A program made the translations under genes and the position numbers. The notes beneath the pieces are model-generated. The model did no database searches. It worked only from the letters and a program-made list of their open reading frames with translations, and had not been told where the DNA came from. Positions 1 to 13,962 of a stretch of DNA of 64,000 bases are shown here, piece by piece; position 1 is the stretch's first letter, and every line of letters begins with the position of its first letter. Where the stretch lies: NCBI RefSeq assembly GCF_009914755.1, contig NC_060929.1. One strand, written 5' to 3'. Source of the DNA: the human T2T-CHM13v2.0 reference genome, Homo sapiens.

Positions 1-1
1 A

Positions 2-296
<295 letters not shown>

Positions 297-687
297 TCAG
301 TCACTGTGAGAGAGGGTGGACACGGATGACTCTCTGCCTCTCTGCTCCAAGGTTAGGACTTAGACAAATCCCATTAGGAAACGTATGTGTTCCTTCCATC
401 AGTGACATTTATTTGTTAATTCTTTCACTTATTGAACAAAAATTAAGCACAAAATCTTGAAAAGGTGGTTATTCCTTATACCCCTTTCCCTCATGTCTTC
501 TCTTCCTCAAGGAAAGTCCTAATTAGTGAAGGAAGAAATAAAGCTGCTATCAGGGGCCCGAAACCTAATGTGCTTTAAGTGCAGTTTACTCATGATTTGA
601 GGCAACATATTGCAATTGCTGGGTATGAATTGCTTGGAGATTCTGAGGCAAAAAGATTCAGATTTTATAATCTGAGGACTATCTGGA

Positions 688-1152
<465 letters not shown>

Positions 1153-1478
1153 GTGGAGGGTATCTTTAAAGTCCTTGTATATGAATCTTGGCACTTCTGG
1201 CTTCAAAGGCATGGATATCTCCTTGCACATCCCAGGGTACCATTCCTGCTTGCCAACCTGAGGGATGAACATATTTTTAACACGGCATAGAAAAGAACTT
1301 TTTTTCTACTAGAAAAGTGACCCTCATGAGTTGGAATTTTGAGGACTGAAAATAAAAGGAATAGCATGTATTTTTCAGTTGTTCAAAATCTCAATGATAA
1401 TGAGTGCCTAAAAGAGAGGTGAAATATAAAGAAGACTGCAGTTTAGTTAACAGTATTGTACCAATGACAATCTCTTGG

Positions 1479-1728
1479 TTTTTTTTTTTTAATTTTTTTT
1501 TATTATACTTTAAGTTTTAGGGTACATGTGCACATTGTGCAGGTTAGTTACATATGTATACATGTGCCGTGCTGGTGCGCTGCACCCACTAACTCGTCAT
1601 CTAGCATTGGGTATATCTCCCAATGCTATCCCTCCCCCCTCCCCCCACCCCACCACAGTCCCCAGAGTGTGATATTCCCCTTCCTGTGTCCATGTGATCT
1701 CATTGTTCAATTCCCACCTATGAGTGAG
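1479..1728 (-). mobile_element. Young 5'-truncated L1 3' end (L1PA2-like) inside an old L1M 3' fragment (~1425-1860)
   Basis: Near-consensus reverse L1 3' UTR; diagnostic positions read GAG (not ACA/ACG) and CTTAAAG (not CTTAGAG) on the L1 sense strand. Confidence 0.85.
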
Positions 1729-2231
1729 TTTTGAAAGATGTGTTGTGGTTACGTAAGATGTCATCAGTGGAGAAAAGTAGGTGAAAAGTACACAGGAACT
1801 CTGTACTATTTCTGGAACTTCTTGTGAGTCTTAAACTATTTCAAAATAAGAAGTTTTCAAAACTCTCATTGCACATTTGTCATATAATATCTTTCTCTTC
1901 CATGTGCCAGAAATATTTTTTTAATCACTAAAAACTTAAGATGAGAAATAAATGTGGTTTCTAGTCAAGAGGAGAACTTTCTCCTGCTGTCTTAGTTTAG
2001 TGATTGCTCTCTTGGGGCATGGAATCTGAGACGAGCAGCTGAAACTGCTTACCCTGTGTTTTTGTAGCACCCAAACACCTGGATAAAAAGGATACTGGCC
2101 CCCTAATTACCCAAATGTTTGCCTATATGACGATAAACACCCGAGACCCCACTCTCGGCTCAGTAGGTCTGCTGTCAGTCAACTATCTCCATGCACGCTG
2201 CTCACCTTGAACTCTGTGTGTGTGTCTCCAG

Positions 2232-2313
2232 GTGGTGCATGACAACTACCTCCTATATGTGTTTGCTCCAGATCGTGAGAGCCGGCAGCGCTGGGTGCTG
2301 GCCCTTAAAGAAG
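2232..2313 (+). CDS. ITK: ITK coding exon 3 (C-terminal part of PH domain), 82 nt
   Basis: tctccag|GTGGTG...GAAG|gtaatt; translates VVHDNYLLYVFAPDRESRQRWVLALKE(E), matching the ITK PH domain; phase 0-1. Exons 1-2 lie upstream of the window. Confidence 0.97.
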
Positions 2314-3483
2314 GTAATTAAACTCCTTTGCCATTGAATCACTGACACTCTTGATCCTATAGTAGGGTTGGGTTCCACAATAGAATAGAGTGTGGTGTGA
2401 GAGCAGCTGATGGCTGATTTCTCTTTTGGGGTTGGTGGAAGTTCCCAAGTTTTCATCCTGGGCCCAGGAAGCAATAACTGGTATCATTCAGGGATTGACC
2501 AAATCCAGCCTGCTGTCTGTTCTTGTCAGGCTCTGAGCAATATTTGTATATAACTCATTTCAAATAGTTTAATAAGTACCTACATAAGATGCTTGATTTT
2601 GTCTCATGGTCAGTAAAACCTAAAATATTTACTGTCTGGCCTTTTAAGAACAAATTTGCCAACTCCTCGTATAGTATGAAGAAGCAGAGCATAGGCCCTC
2701 ATGTGAGATGACCTGGGTTTAAATCCCAGTCTGTCACTTGCTATGTACACTTGGGCGAGTTCCTTAATTGCCTGTGCTTCAGTTTCCCATCTGTTTAAAA
2801 GGAAGAAAAGGAAGGGATAACAGCACCTGCCTTTGGAGCTGATGTGAGCAAAGTCCTAGAAACTAGGTTGGCCCATAGACAGCATGCAATAAATATCAGC
2901 TAGCTTTCAAGCTTTTCAGACCATTGGTAAGGGTATTTCTTAAGCCTTACCTTCCTGATGGCACAGTTAGAGGCAGCAGTGTTTAAGCACATGGGATGTG
3001 GAGCCAGGCATGAAGGTGAAAATCCCAGCTCTGCCAATGATTAGCATGTGACCCTGGGTAAGTTCCTTGACCTTCGTGTGTCTCTATAAATTTTGACTAA
3101 AAACAGTCATGGAGCTGTTGTGAGAATTGAATGATTGAGGACTTAGAAAAATACCCATCCCAAAGAAAGCCCTGGATCAATGTTACCATTATTGTTCTTT
3201 AGCCTGAAGCACTGGATGTGTCAGAAGATCTGGGTTCAAATACTAATCTGCCTCTACGAAGCTGTGAGGACCAAGGATAAGCAAACTATTTGTTATCTCT
3301 GGAGCTGCAATTCCTCTATCTGAAAAAAATGAGAATAGAAATACAAGTTGTATCTTATCCCGAGGTTGTTGTGAGCCTTAAATCGGTTATGAGCAGACAA
3401 GTGCTGGGTGAATGGGGAAGTGCTCTCCGTTCTTACAGTCTTGGGACATACAGCAAACACAAAAGTAAGAAGTAATCAAAATG

Positions 3484-3816
3484 GGCTGGGCGCAGTGGCT
3501 GACACTTGTAATCCCAGCACTTTGGGCAGCCAAGGTGGGAGGATCACTTGAGCTCAGGAGTTCAAGGCTACAGTGAGCCATGCTCATGCCACTGCACTTC
3601 AGCCTGAGCAACATAGTGAGATCTCATCTCTACTAAAAATAAAAACATTAGGCAGGCATGGTGGCACATGCCTGTGCTCCCAGCTACCCGGGAGGCTGAG
3701 GTGGGAGAATCACCTGAGCCTGGGAGGTCAAGGCTGCAGTGAGCCAAGTGAGCCGAGCCTGGGTCACAGAGCAAGACCCTGTTCTTACCCCACCAAAAAA
3801 AAAAGAAGAAAAAAAA
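3484..3816 (+). mobile_element. Rearranged AluJ-type element
   Basis: Dimeric Alu; the left arm carries a right-arm-specific segment (see findings). Confidence 0.88.
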
Positions 3817-3939
3817 GGAATCAAAAGGGCCCCAGCTATGGTCATTGGCCATTTGCCCTCTGTGAAGGGATTTTATACACAGGGTGTTAAAACTGGAAGG
3901 AATATTAGAGATTAGATATCTAGTTCTGTGGTTGGTTCA

Positions 3940-4625
3940 TTTATTTATTTATTCATTGAGACAGTGTATTAGTCCATTTTCACACTGCTATAAAGATATG
4001 CCCGAGAGTGGGTAATGTATAATGAAAAGAGGTTTAATTGACTCACAGTTCTGTATGGCTGGGAGGCCTCAGGAAACTTACAATCATGGTGGAAGGTGAA
4101 GGGGAGGCAATCACCTTATTCACAAGGTGGCAGGAGAGAGAATGACAGAAGGAGGAACTTGCCAAATACTTATAAAACCATCAGGTCTCATGAGAACTCA
4201 CGTATTATCACAAGAACAGCATGGGGGAAAATATCCCCGTGATCCAATTACCACCACCTGGTCTCTCCCTCAACACGCAGGAATCATGGAGATTACAATT
4301 CAAGATGAGATTTGGGTGGGGACACAGAGCCAAACGATATCAGACAGGGTCTCACTCTGTTACCCAGGCTGGAGTGCAGTAGCACAAGCATGGCTCACTG
4401 CAGCCTCGACCTATTGGGCTCAAGTGATCCTCCCACTTCAGCCTCCTGAGTAGCTGGGACTACAGGTGCATGACACCATGCCCAGCTAACTTTTTTCTTT
4501 TTTTTTGGTAGAAAAGGGGTCTCGCTATGTTGCCTAGGCTAATCTAGAACTCCTGGACTCAAGTGATCCTCTTGCCTCGGCCTACGAAAGTACTGGGATT
4601 ACAAGCATGAGCCACTACACCCAAC
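3940..4625 (-). mobile_element. AluJ-type element split by the THE1 LTR
   Basis: (TTTA)n tail plus gagacag left of the LTR; gacagggtctcactctg... right of it. Confidence 0.88.
3965..4342 (-). mobile_element. THE1-type (ERVL-MaLR) solo LTR
   Basis: tgtattagtcc...atatca termini (TG...CA), 378 bp, 5-bp TSD GACAG. Confidence 0.9.
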
Positions 4626-5135
4626 TCTGTTCTGTGCCTTATGTATGTATTTGTTTCAGTAGCAGACCCCCCTTTTTTTTCCAACCAAAATCTTACTTCA
4701 AAGCCACAAACCTAGAAGGGAGAAAACCAAAGTGGCTGTGGTTAAAGGTAGGAGAGGTGGGGGGTGGTAATTCCACCTTCTCAACCTTCTCATTACCCTT
4801 AAGGCACCTTTGTAGAGCCCAGTGTTTAACAATCTCATTGCATAGTGGGGGAAACTGAGGCTCAGATAAGGGTTTGCCCAACTTAAGAACACATAACTAA
4901 TGCAAGGCAGAGCCAGACGCAAGCCTAGATGTGCTGATGCCTAAATGTAACATGAACTACCCCAGTAAATAGCACAGTGCATTTATGCGCTCAGATCAAC
5001 CCATGCTTCTGAGTGGTCTGGGCAATACTCATTCAGGCTCACTCAGCCAGGTCTAATCTCGAGGTGTTATAAAATTGGTAGCCCTTGATAGACTGACCTG
5101 GAAATAACTCTTCTGTTGGTGCCAACCTGTTTCAG

Positions 5136-5264
5136 AAACGAGGAATAATAACAGTTTGGTGCCTAAATATCATCCTAATTTCTGGATGGATGGGAAGTGG
5201 AGGTGCTGTTCTCAGCTGGAGAAGCTTGCAACAGGCTGTGCCCAATATGATCCAACCAAGAATG
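5136..5264 (+). CDS. ITK: ITK exon 4 (Btk/TH zinc-binding motif), 129 nt
   Basis: tttcag|AAACG...AATG|gtaaga; TRNNNSLVPKYHPNFWMDGKWRCCSQLEKLATGCAQYDPTKN with the H-CC-C zinc ligands; phase 1-1. Confidence 0.97.
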
Positions 5265-5454
5265 GTAAGAGACTGGGAATTCCCTCTAGTTTTTGTGAAA
5301 TGACCATAAAAAAGTAAAAGCTTTTGGCCTTTAATCATTGAGGGTGTCAGGAACAGAATGCAAAATTCTACATTTTCAGAATTTTCCAAGAGGAATCATC
5401 TGTCTTTCCTACCAGCCTGTTGGTGCTTCCATCTCAAAGCTGATGTCTACAGCT

Positions 5455-5620
5455 CCTAACCACTTGAAGTGTGCTCTTTGGACCAGCAGCATCAACATCT
5501 CCTAGGAGTTAGTTAGAAATGCAAATGATCTGGCCCCACTCATGACCTACTAGATCAGAATTTTCATTTTAACAAGATCCCAGGAGACTTATGTGCACAG
5601 TACAGTTTGAGGAGCCCTGC
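5455..5620. mobile_element. MER5-type hAT MITE
   Basis: gaccagcagcatc...gttagaaatgcaaat...cattttaacaagatccc signature; similar copies at ~9730-9890, 24430-24600, 33295-33765, 35730-35870, 38900-39070 and 46495-46655. Confidence 0.7.
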
Positions 5621-8104
5621 TATAACCTGCATTTGAATGGCATGGTCTATTTAAATCTTAATTAAAGAGGCAGCCTTAAGAGATATAAAATATTTATGTC
5701 TTACAGTGACATCATGTCACACATAAATTTAATTACACAAATTCAACTCTATACCCTTAAAGGTGAGAGGAATTTTTTTTCTTTTACATTTTACTCTGTG
5801 ATTTCTCCTTGCCTCCTCTTCAAACTTGCCCTTGACCTCCACAGTCTCAGAGAGGAGAAGGCCGCAGTCTAAATGCAAAGTGAAAACAAAAAAAGCTGTT
5901 TTTTTGCCTTTGACAGTAAAGGCTCAGGTCCAGGGGATTGGGCTGCAACTGGATTTTATTGATGACTTTGGAACCTTAACCTCCAGTCGAGTACAACTCC
6001 ACTCGAATGCATTTCACATTTATTATGCTCTTGTTCCTCTCAACCATCTGGGGTACATGGCGTGATGTTAAGGGAATGGGCTGCCTTGAGCAATTCAGTA
6101 TGCTCCGGGTCACACCGCTGGAAGTGCTCTGCAAATCCATTGTCGAATAGGAATAATGGCCCATGTGGATTGTTTTCCTTCCATTTTCCTCTCTTCTCAA
6201 CCTCTTTTGCCATAGTTTCCCTTTCTCATTTATTCTTTTGTGCGCTAAAACTTAATACTGAAAATTGGCAACCCAAGGCGGATGTAACACATGGCTAGGT
6301 TTTCTGTGGCTTCCTGATTCATAGGCCCTCTCATTGCCACTTTAAAAACCACCACTTTTCACCCTGCACCTTGGGGAAAAAAGCTCTTAGACATAATCGA
6401 TCCCTGGGCCCAGAAGAACAATACTTAACAAGTTTTAGAAATTGGTAACTATTCAAGTGATCCTACACATTAGTCCTGTTTACCATATTCATGCGGGCCA
6501 ATATTTAATAAAAATGAAATGGAAAGTTTTCTCTGGATAGGATCCACCATAATAACAGAACGGCATGGGCTTACCTCTGTGAGTGAAAGCCCTTTCCAAA
6601 GTCAGTGATCTGGTCTCCAAATTTCTGCCAATGCCTTGCTGTGGGCCCTCAGATGAGTCACGTGGCCATCAAGGGCCCCAATGTCCTCATCTCAAAAATG
6701 GCAGGGAGTTCTGAGGGGCTTAGGATGAAATAATACCTAAGCCCTTTTCCAATTCTGAAATTCTTTGACTTGGTATTTCCATTTTGTAATTTTCACCATG
6801 CATGCTGCAGCTATTCCTCTTCGGGGCGCAAGTATTTCCCTCCTCCAAGTGATACACATGTGACTGAGGTGCTAGGGACATCTGAATGACTCACCAGAAT
6901 GCCAGTGCGGGAGGACTGGTCATGCCGAGCTGTTCCCCATGTGAAACCAGGGCCTGAGCACTCTTGGGGTCCTGCTGTGGTTGTCATGCAGTCACTGTGC
7001 TAATGGTTTTGCTTTTGCATTGCAACCCATTGCCATATCCTCCTCTGAGCATCTCCTCACTCTACCCTCTTCTGATTTGGTTAAATAACTTCATGGATCT
7101 GAGTTTTGCACAGTTGAGAGCAGAGTTTTCAAGAAGCACACTGCACTGTGAACGCAGCTTATGGTCATCACCCTGGATGAAGGCTCACAGGATTCCTGGT
7201 ACCGAGCACATTGGCAGTGCGGGTCTATGAGCACTGGGCTTTGGATAATCCCTCTGAGCCTCTAAGAGCATTTTCTCACCTGCAATATGGGGATAATGAT
7301 AATAGGTAGCTATGTGTAAGGCTGGGAGATTCAATGGTGTTGTGGAAAGCAGTACAGCTGCCAACATTTACAGAGTTCTTGATAAATGGTAATTGTGTCT
7401 ACTTGTCTTCCTTATTGGTGGATGAAAGAATCTGAGGCTGAGATATAGCCTCAGAACTTGTATGGGTCTGGGAAGCAGCAGAAGTGGATGAGTAAAAACA
7501 GACCCAGCCACACCCAACCCATAGTAACACCCATTTCTGCAACCAGAACTGGCCCTGATCTCCCCACTGTGGGGAGGGAAAGGAAGGAAGGGAAAAGCAA
7601 GGCCAGAGGACGAAGAAAGAGAGACCAGTCATAGAATGTCCAGGGCTGGAAGTGGCCAAGGCTCACAGCTAGTATTGGTGAAGCCAGAGTTAGAACACCA
7701 GTCTCCCAGCTCCAAGTTGAGTTCTAAATAGGAACCATACTTCCTATTACAGGGGTTTTCCTTCTTCTGTGGTCATTGTATACCCAGGTCACTATCCCAG
7801 CCTACTCTTTCTTGGCAAGTCTGCACGGGACTGGGCTCCAGTGTCAATGTGTGACTCTCCTCTACCACATCCCTGATGTGAGCTGTCCAACTTCAAGTCA
7901 ACCTCATACAGAAATGAGGAACTCATCGTCTACCTATGCAGCCCATTCTCTTCCCATCTCTCGTTATTAAGGACGTCTTTGTATTAGCCTGAAGTCTGTG
8001 CAGTGCCTCCCGTACCACAGAGAGCCCCAGACACAGCCACACACCTTTGATTCATTGAGTCCAGGAATGGCCTTTGCAGAGCTACAAAGGAGAAATAGTG
8101 AGAG

Positions 8105-8255
8105 ATGCATATGAAGAGATGAGAGGAAGGAGAGAGAGAAAGAGAAAGAGAGAGGAGAAGAGAAGAGAAAGGAGGAAAGAGGGAAGAGAGAGGAGAGCTA
8201 AACAGACGGAGACATGGAAACAGAGATAAGCAGAAAGACAAAGACAGAGAGATGC
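8105..8255 (+). repeat. GA-rich low-complexity purine tract
   Basis: gagagagaaagagaaagagagaggagaag... Confidence 0.85.
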
Positions 8256-8811
8256 TGGGGTTGGTATAGTTTGAAAGAGGCAGAAAGAACACATATTCAG
8301 ATGCCTTAAGGCAACTAAAAGTGGATCCCAGCCCACTCAAAAAGCAGCACAATGACCTCCCACCTCAGCCACCCCCTCCTCAAGCCCACAACCATATCAG
8401 GAAGCTAGTGAGTCACTGTCCCCCTGAGTCACCAATTCCCACTCCTGAGCTTAGCAGGTGGCAGAGACTTTCCCGGAAGTCTCTATGCCTACAGGGAAGG
8501 GTGCAAGTCTAACCCCACTGGCAGGCTTTTCCTGGGAATACAGAAAGAGAGGGCCCCCGAATATGGACTTCTGGAAGCTTCTAGTGTGTACTAGAAAAGG
8601 GAATCAGAAACCAGCAGGCCCAAGGAGATAAAAGACAGCTTCTGACAAGGCCAAGTCAGGTTTCACTGTGTCTTATTGCTCCTTCTGGCCCCCTTTCTTC
8701 TGTTGTTTTCCCTGGGCCCTTTTTCTCAGAAAAACCCCCTGGCTGCTCACTTCCGGTTGGGTCCATTAGTTTTCATGCTCATTTTTTCTTTTCCTGTTTT
8801 TCTCTTTTCAG

Positions 8812-8852
8812 CTTCAAAGAAGCCTCTTCCTCCTACTCCTGAAGACAACAGG
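8812..8852 (+). CDS. ITK: ITK exon 5 (proline-rich region KPLPPTP), 41 nt
   Basis: Long pyrimidine tract ttttcag|CTTCA...ACAGG|gtgagt; (A)SKKPLPPTPEDNR; phase 1-0. Confidence 0.97.
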
Positions 8853-9157
8853 GTGAGTGAGAGCGCTAGCTCCGGGTGCAGGTGGGCCCACAGGCTACCT
8901 GATTGGCATGTTCCTATTTGCATGTCCCCCTCTCCCCATAGTTTTCAAACCCTGGCTGCATGCAGCAGGCTGTCATGATTCAGCAGAACTCAACACATTG
9001 GGTATTTTTGGGCTTGAACTCTCTTGGGGGGTCTGTCCACTTAAAGGACCATTCAGCTGCTAAATCTCCATCTCACTTTATTTATTCAACAAATACTGAT
9101 ATCAAATTGGGTGGCCATTCACCTGACCACTTTGGAGTATAGTAGCAGCTCACTCTA

Positions 9158-9474
<317 letters not shown>

Positions 9475-10050
9475 CAAGGTGCACATCTACTCTTCGCAAG
9501 CATTTTGGAGACATACATTTGTTGATATTTTATATATTTCAAAGCACTTCCACCCCTTTATTATCTATTTTAAAACTTACTATCCGTTCTATCCACTTCA
9601 GAGGGTTTTAGTTTTATTCTCATTGTAAAGCTTGGGAAATCAAATCCCAAGACAGGTCTTGAGGCTTTTCCAAGGCCATTCAGCAACTTAGTAGGATGCA
9701 AGGTTTCTGGCGTGGTGGTCTTTAACTCGAGTGGTGGTTCTCAAAGTATAGTCCATGGACCAGAAGCATCTGCATCACCTGGGAGCATGTTAGAAATACA
9801 AATTCTTAGGCCCCACCCCCAGACCTGCTGTGTCCAAAACGCTGGGGGAGGGGCCCAGGAATCTGCATTTTAATAAGCCTCCTCACTGATCTATAATATA
9901 CTGACTTACAAGTCTTAGATGGCATAGTACCTACTCTAGGGCAGCTTATTTTGTTAAGGAGATGAAAAAAAAAAGATGGGGGAAAGGATCATGACCTTTA
10001 GGTAGGGAATATGACCCTGACCTTATGATAATATTAACACCAATATCCAC

Positions 10051-10359
<309 letters not shown>

Positions 10360-11803
10360 AATACCCACATTTGAGTACTCGCTCTTCATTCCAGAGCAAG
10401 TTCTTTAACAAGAGCTTTCAGATTCCATTTCCTCATGCTTCTTCCTGAAGAATGAGCTCTGCCTTTTTTCCCTTCAGCCAAAATGGTGACATTTCAAAAC
10501 TGGCAGCGTCCCCATAAAGGAAGCTCTAAATCCTCAAAGCCCCAGCCTGGTGTTTAGATCTGTCATCAGCCTACTCCCTCACAACATGAGAGAAATGTAC
10601 TGAAACTGTAGCAGAGAATGAGCTCTCTCTCCTTTTCTTTCACTGACCTTCTGCAGACTATTTCACCATCCCCTTTGAAGGCCTGGTTCGGAACCCTACT
10701 GCCCTCCCTTGCAGACGGTTCCCTCAACAGTCCCGCCTAAACCCACACCTCCCATCTTAAGTGAGGCTGCTCTTGTGTCTTTATTTTTGGTATCAATGAA
10801 GGTGAAAGCCAGAAAACACTGCTGGTCCTTCTCTCCCTACACTCTGCCATTTGGCTTTTCAGCCTTCTTGGAGGAGCATCGTGGATACTGTTTTGAGTGT
10901 TCTGACCACAAAGGTTTTGGAATCATTGTTCTAGTTTCAACCGCATGTCTAAATCCAATGCAACGGTTCTCTTGTCTGAGCCACTTGAAATCATTTCTCT
11001 CCTCACCTTCTTGTTCTGCTGCCTGAGTGGTAATGACATCTCGGGTTGTCATACAGAGAAACTGTTTTTAATCCAGTCTGAGCCAACAGGTCTCATGCTC
11101 TATGTGAGAAACACTGTGAGCAGGGCCAGTCCTCCGGGGACTGGCCAGTCCTCTGGGGGTTGGGGGATGGCTATTTTGGTTCAAGATGTAAAATATCCAT
11201 GGTCAGAGTGAAGGACAATCCTAGGCCTCTTTTGCCTATGGATACAAACAAGGTCGTATATCACATTGAAGTACAAATTCCGATTCCTCTTGGCCCCCTG
11301 CATCCATGGGAACTCAACTCTTCCTCTTACAGTCCCTCCCAGTCAACCCAGGGCTTGCTGAGGGGCCACTAGAATGTGTCTGCATGTGTCCTTTCTTGCT
11401 GGCTGCCTACTAAGGCACCCTATCCCTGCCACTGCTACCTGGGCTCTCTGTGAGGGCCCCTCAGCCCCGTGGAGCTCTTCCCACCTGGGGCCAGCAGAGG
11501 TCCTGGGGGGTCAGGTTGTGCTGAGGCCTGCAGCAGAGTGGTCAGGAGGCAGGATCCTCATTCCTTTCATGCCTCACCACATCATGGAGGCTCCCAAACA
11601 ACCCTTCCTGAGCCCACAGACTCAGTTTCTCCAAATGCCATCCCTTGATTTTCTCACTCAAATCTAATGGTTCCCAACCTTATCAAACTCAATCCTGCCT
11701 TTTAATGACAGATATTTTGTAAGGCTCCTTTTGTTATCCTGAAAAGAAATTTATAACTAATATAACATATATATACACAATTTTTTAAAATTAAAGTACT
11801 TAA

Positions 11804-12016
<213 letters not shown>

Positions 12017-12802
12017 TAACTGTAATATTTAAAAAGGAAAGAAAAATAATATATATAACAAAATATGTGTTTCTATATAAATATTGGGACATGACTGCAC
12101 TGGAAGACAGAATGAAATAGTCGAATTCTTGCACTGGCAGGTAGGATCCATTGGATTTGGCATCTCGAATGCAACTGATACAAAATGTGGTATTGGGACT
12201 CAACTACAGCATTACCACCAGTGATATAATTTTCCAAAATGATGAACAACTCTTAGTAAACTTCTGAACCAAAGCATAGTCTTCCCTCAAAGTACAAGGT
12301 AGTTGCATTCTTGGGAAATCCAGTACTTTGGATAGGGTACAGCTAGGATCTAGGCTCAGGATGTTCTTATATAATTACTGTATAAGCTGGTTTCTCACCA
12401 CATGAATGTTTACCAGGATATTCGAAAGTTGTGGGGAATGTGGGACTCTACAGAGCATTTTGCATTAAAGGCCTATAGCATACCTCAAACTGTGATGTTC
12501 AAAATAACCCCCATATTCCAAGCTTGCATGATTATTAGAAAAAAAAATACATGTCCAGTGTGCCCCTACAGAAAGGTACTATCATAATTTGAGGGCCCTG
12601 CTCTGACCTTTCTCTTCACAGCTATTAACCAATGAGTTGACCTGCAGTGGGATGAATGCCATAGCTCTGTTTCTTCTTCAAACATCCTTGAACACTATTC
12701 CTCCCTCCATAAGCTCTTAGAGCAAAAGCCTCAGGCCATCCACTCTTGTCCATAGCACCCCATTTACACATCCTCACAAGCTCCACAAATATCTAGATTT
12801 CA

Positions 12803-12958
<156 letters not shown>

Positions 12959-13692
12959 TCAGCTGAGATGACATACTACATCAAAATGACGAGACTCTTT
13001 TTTCAGCTCCAGTATTTTTATGCCACTAAATGCTTCAATGTACTCAGAGAACTTGTGACTTCCTAACAATAAACCACATTCTAGTGAGGAACTTAATATT
13101 TCCCTACATTTACTCTCACAAAGTCTGCTAACCCATAGCAGGCGTGCCCATCCTGAACTCTGGCGACTATGCGCTTTGTGGTCTTTTCTTCATGTCCTCA
13201 ATATGGACATGAAGAAAGGGACTGAGGAACAGAGACATCAGCAATAGAGCCTACAGGAGAAGGAAGGGAGACAGGTGCTAGAGTAGAGAGAGTCTTAGGG
13301 CTAATTCAAGTGGTAGATTGGCCAGGTCCATTTCTCCATCTGGGCCTCAGTTTCCTCATCCTAAATGAAAAAGTGTATTAAGTGATCTGTTAGAGGAATT
13401 CCAGCTCCAATAACCTATGATTCCGTAGATCTAGATAAACCCACAAATCATATTAGTAAAGCACAAACTGAAAGATTTCATGTTGACTGCATCTCCTTTG
13501 CCAAGGGCATGATGCATCCAGCAGAGAGGCTGCTGCATATAACATAGTGCAGATAGAGAAACCAGCAGACTTTTGTGAAAATCACGTGGCTGCTTGGAAT
13601 TCACTGTGGTCAGAATTTACCTCATAGAATGAGCAATGTGATGAATTCCAAGCACTGATGTCTTTGTGTCATGTTCAGCGCTGTAACTCTAA

Positions 13693-13962
<270 letters not shown>

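Noticed and set aside
2215-2231. (TG)5 next to the exon 3 acceptor as a TDP-43-type splicing silencer
   Set aside because: Too short compared with functional UG tracts, and no evidence of skipping from the sequence alone.
5692-5728. Nested palindrome atttatgt..gtgacat-c-atgtcac-acataaat as a possible miRNA or ncRNA hairpin
   Set aside because: Stem too short, bulged and AT-rich, with a 1-nt loop; not a credible pre-miRNA.
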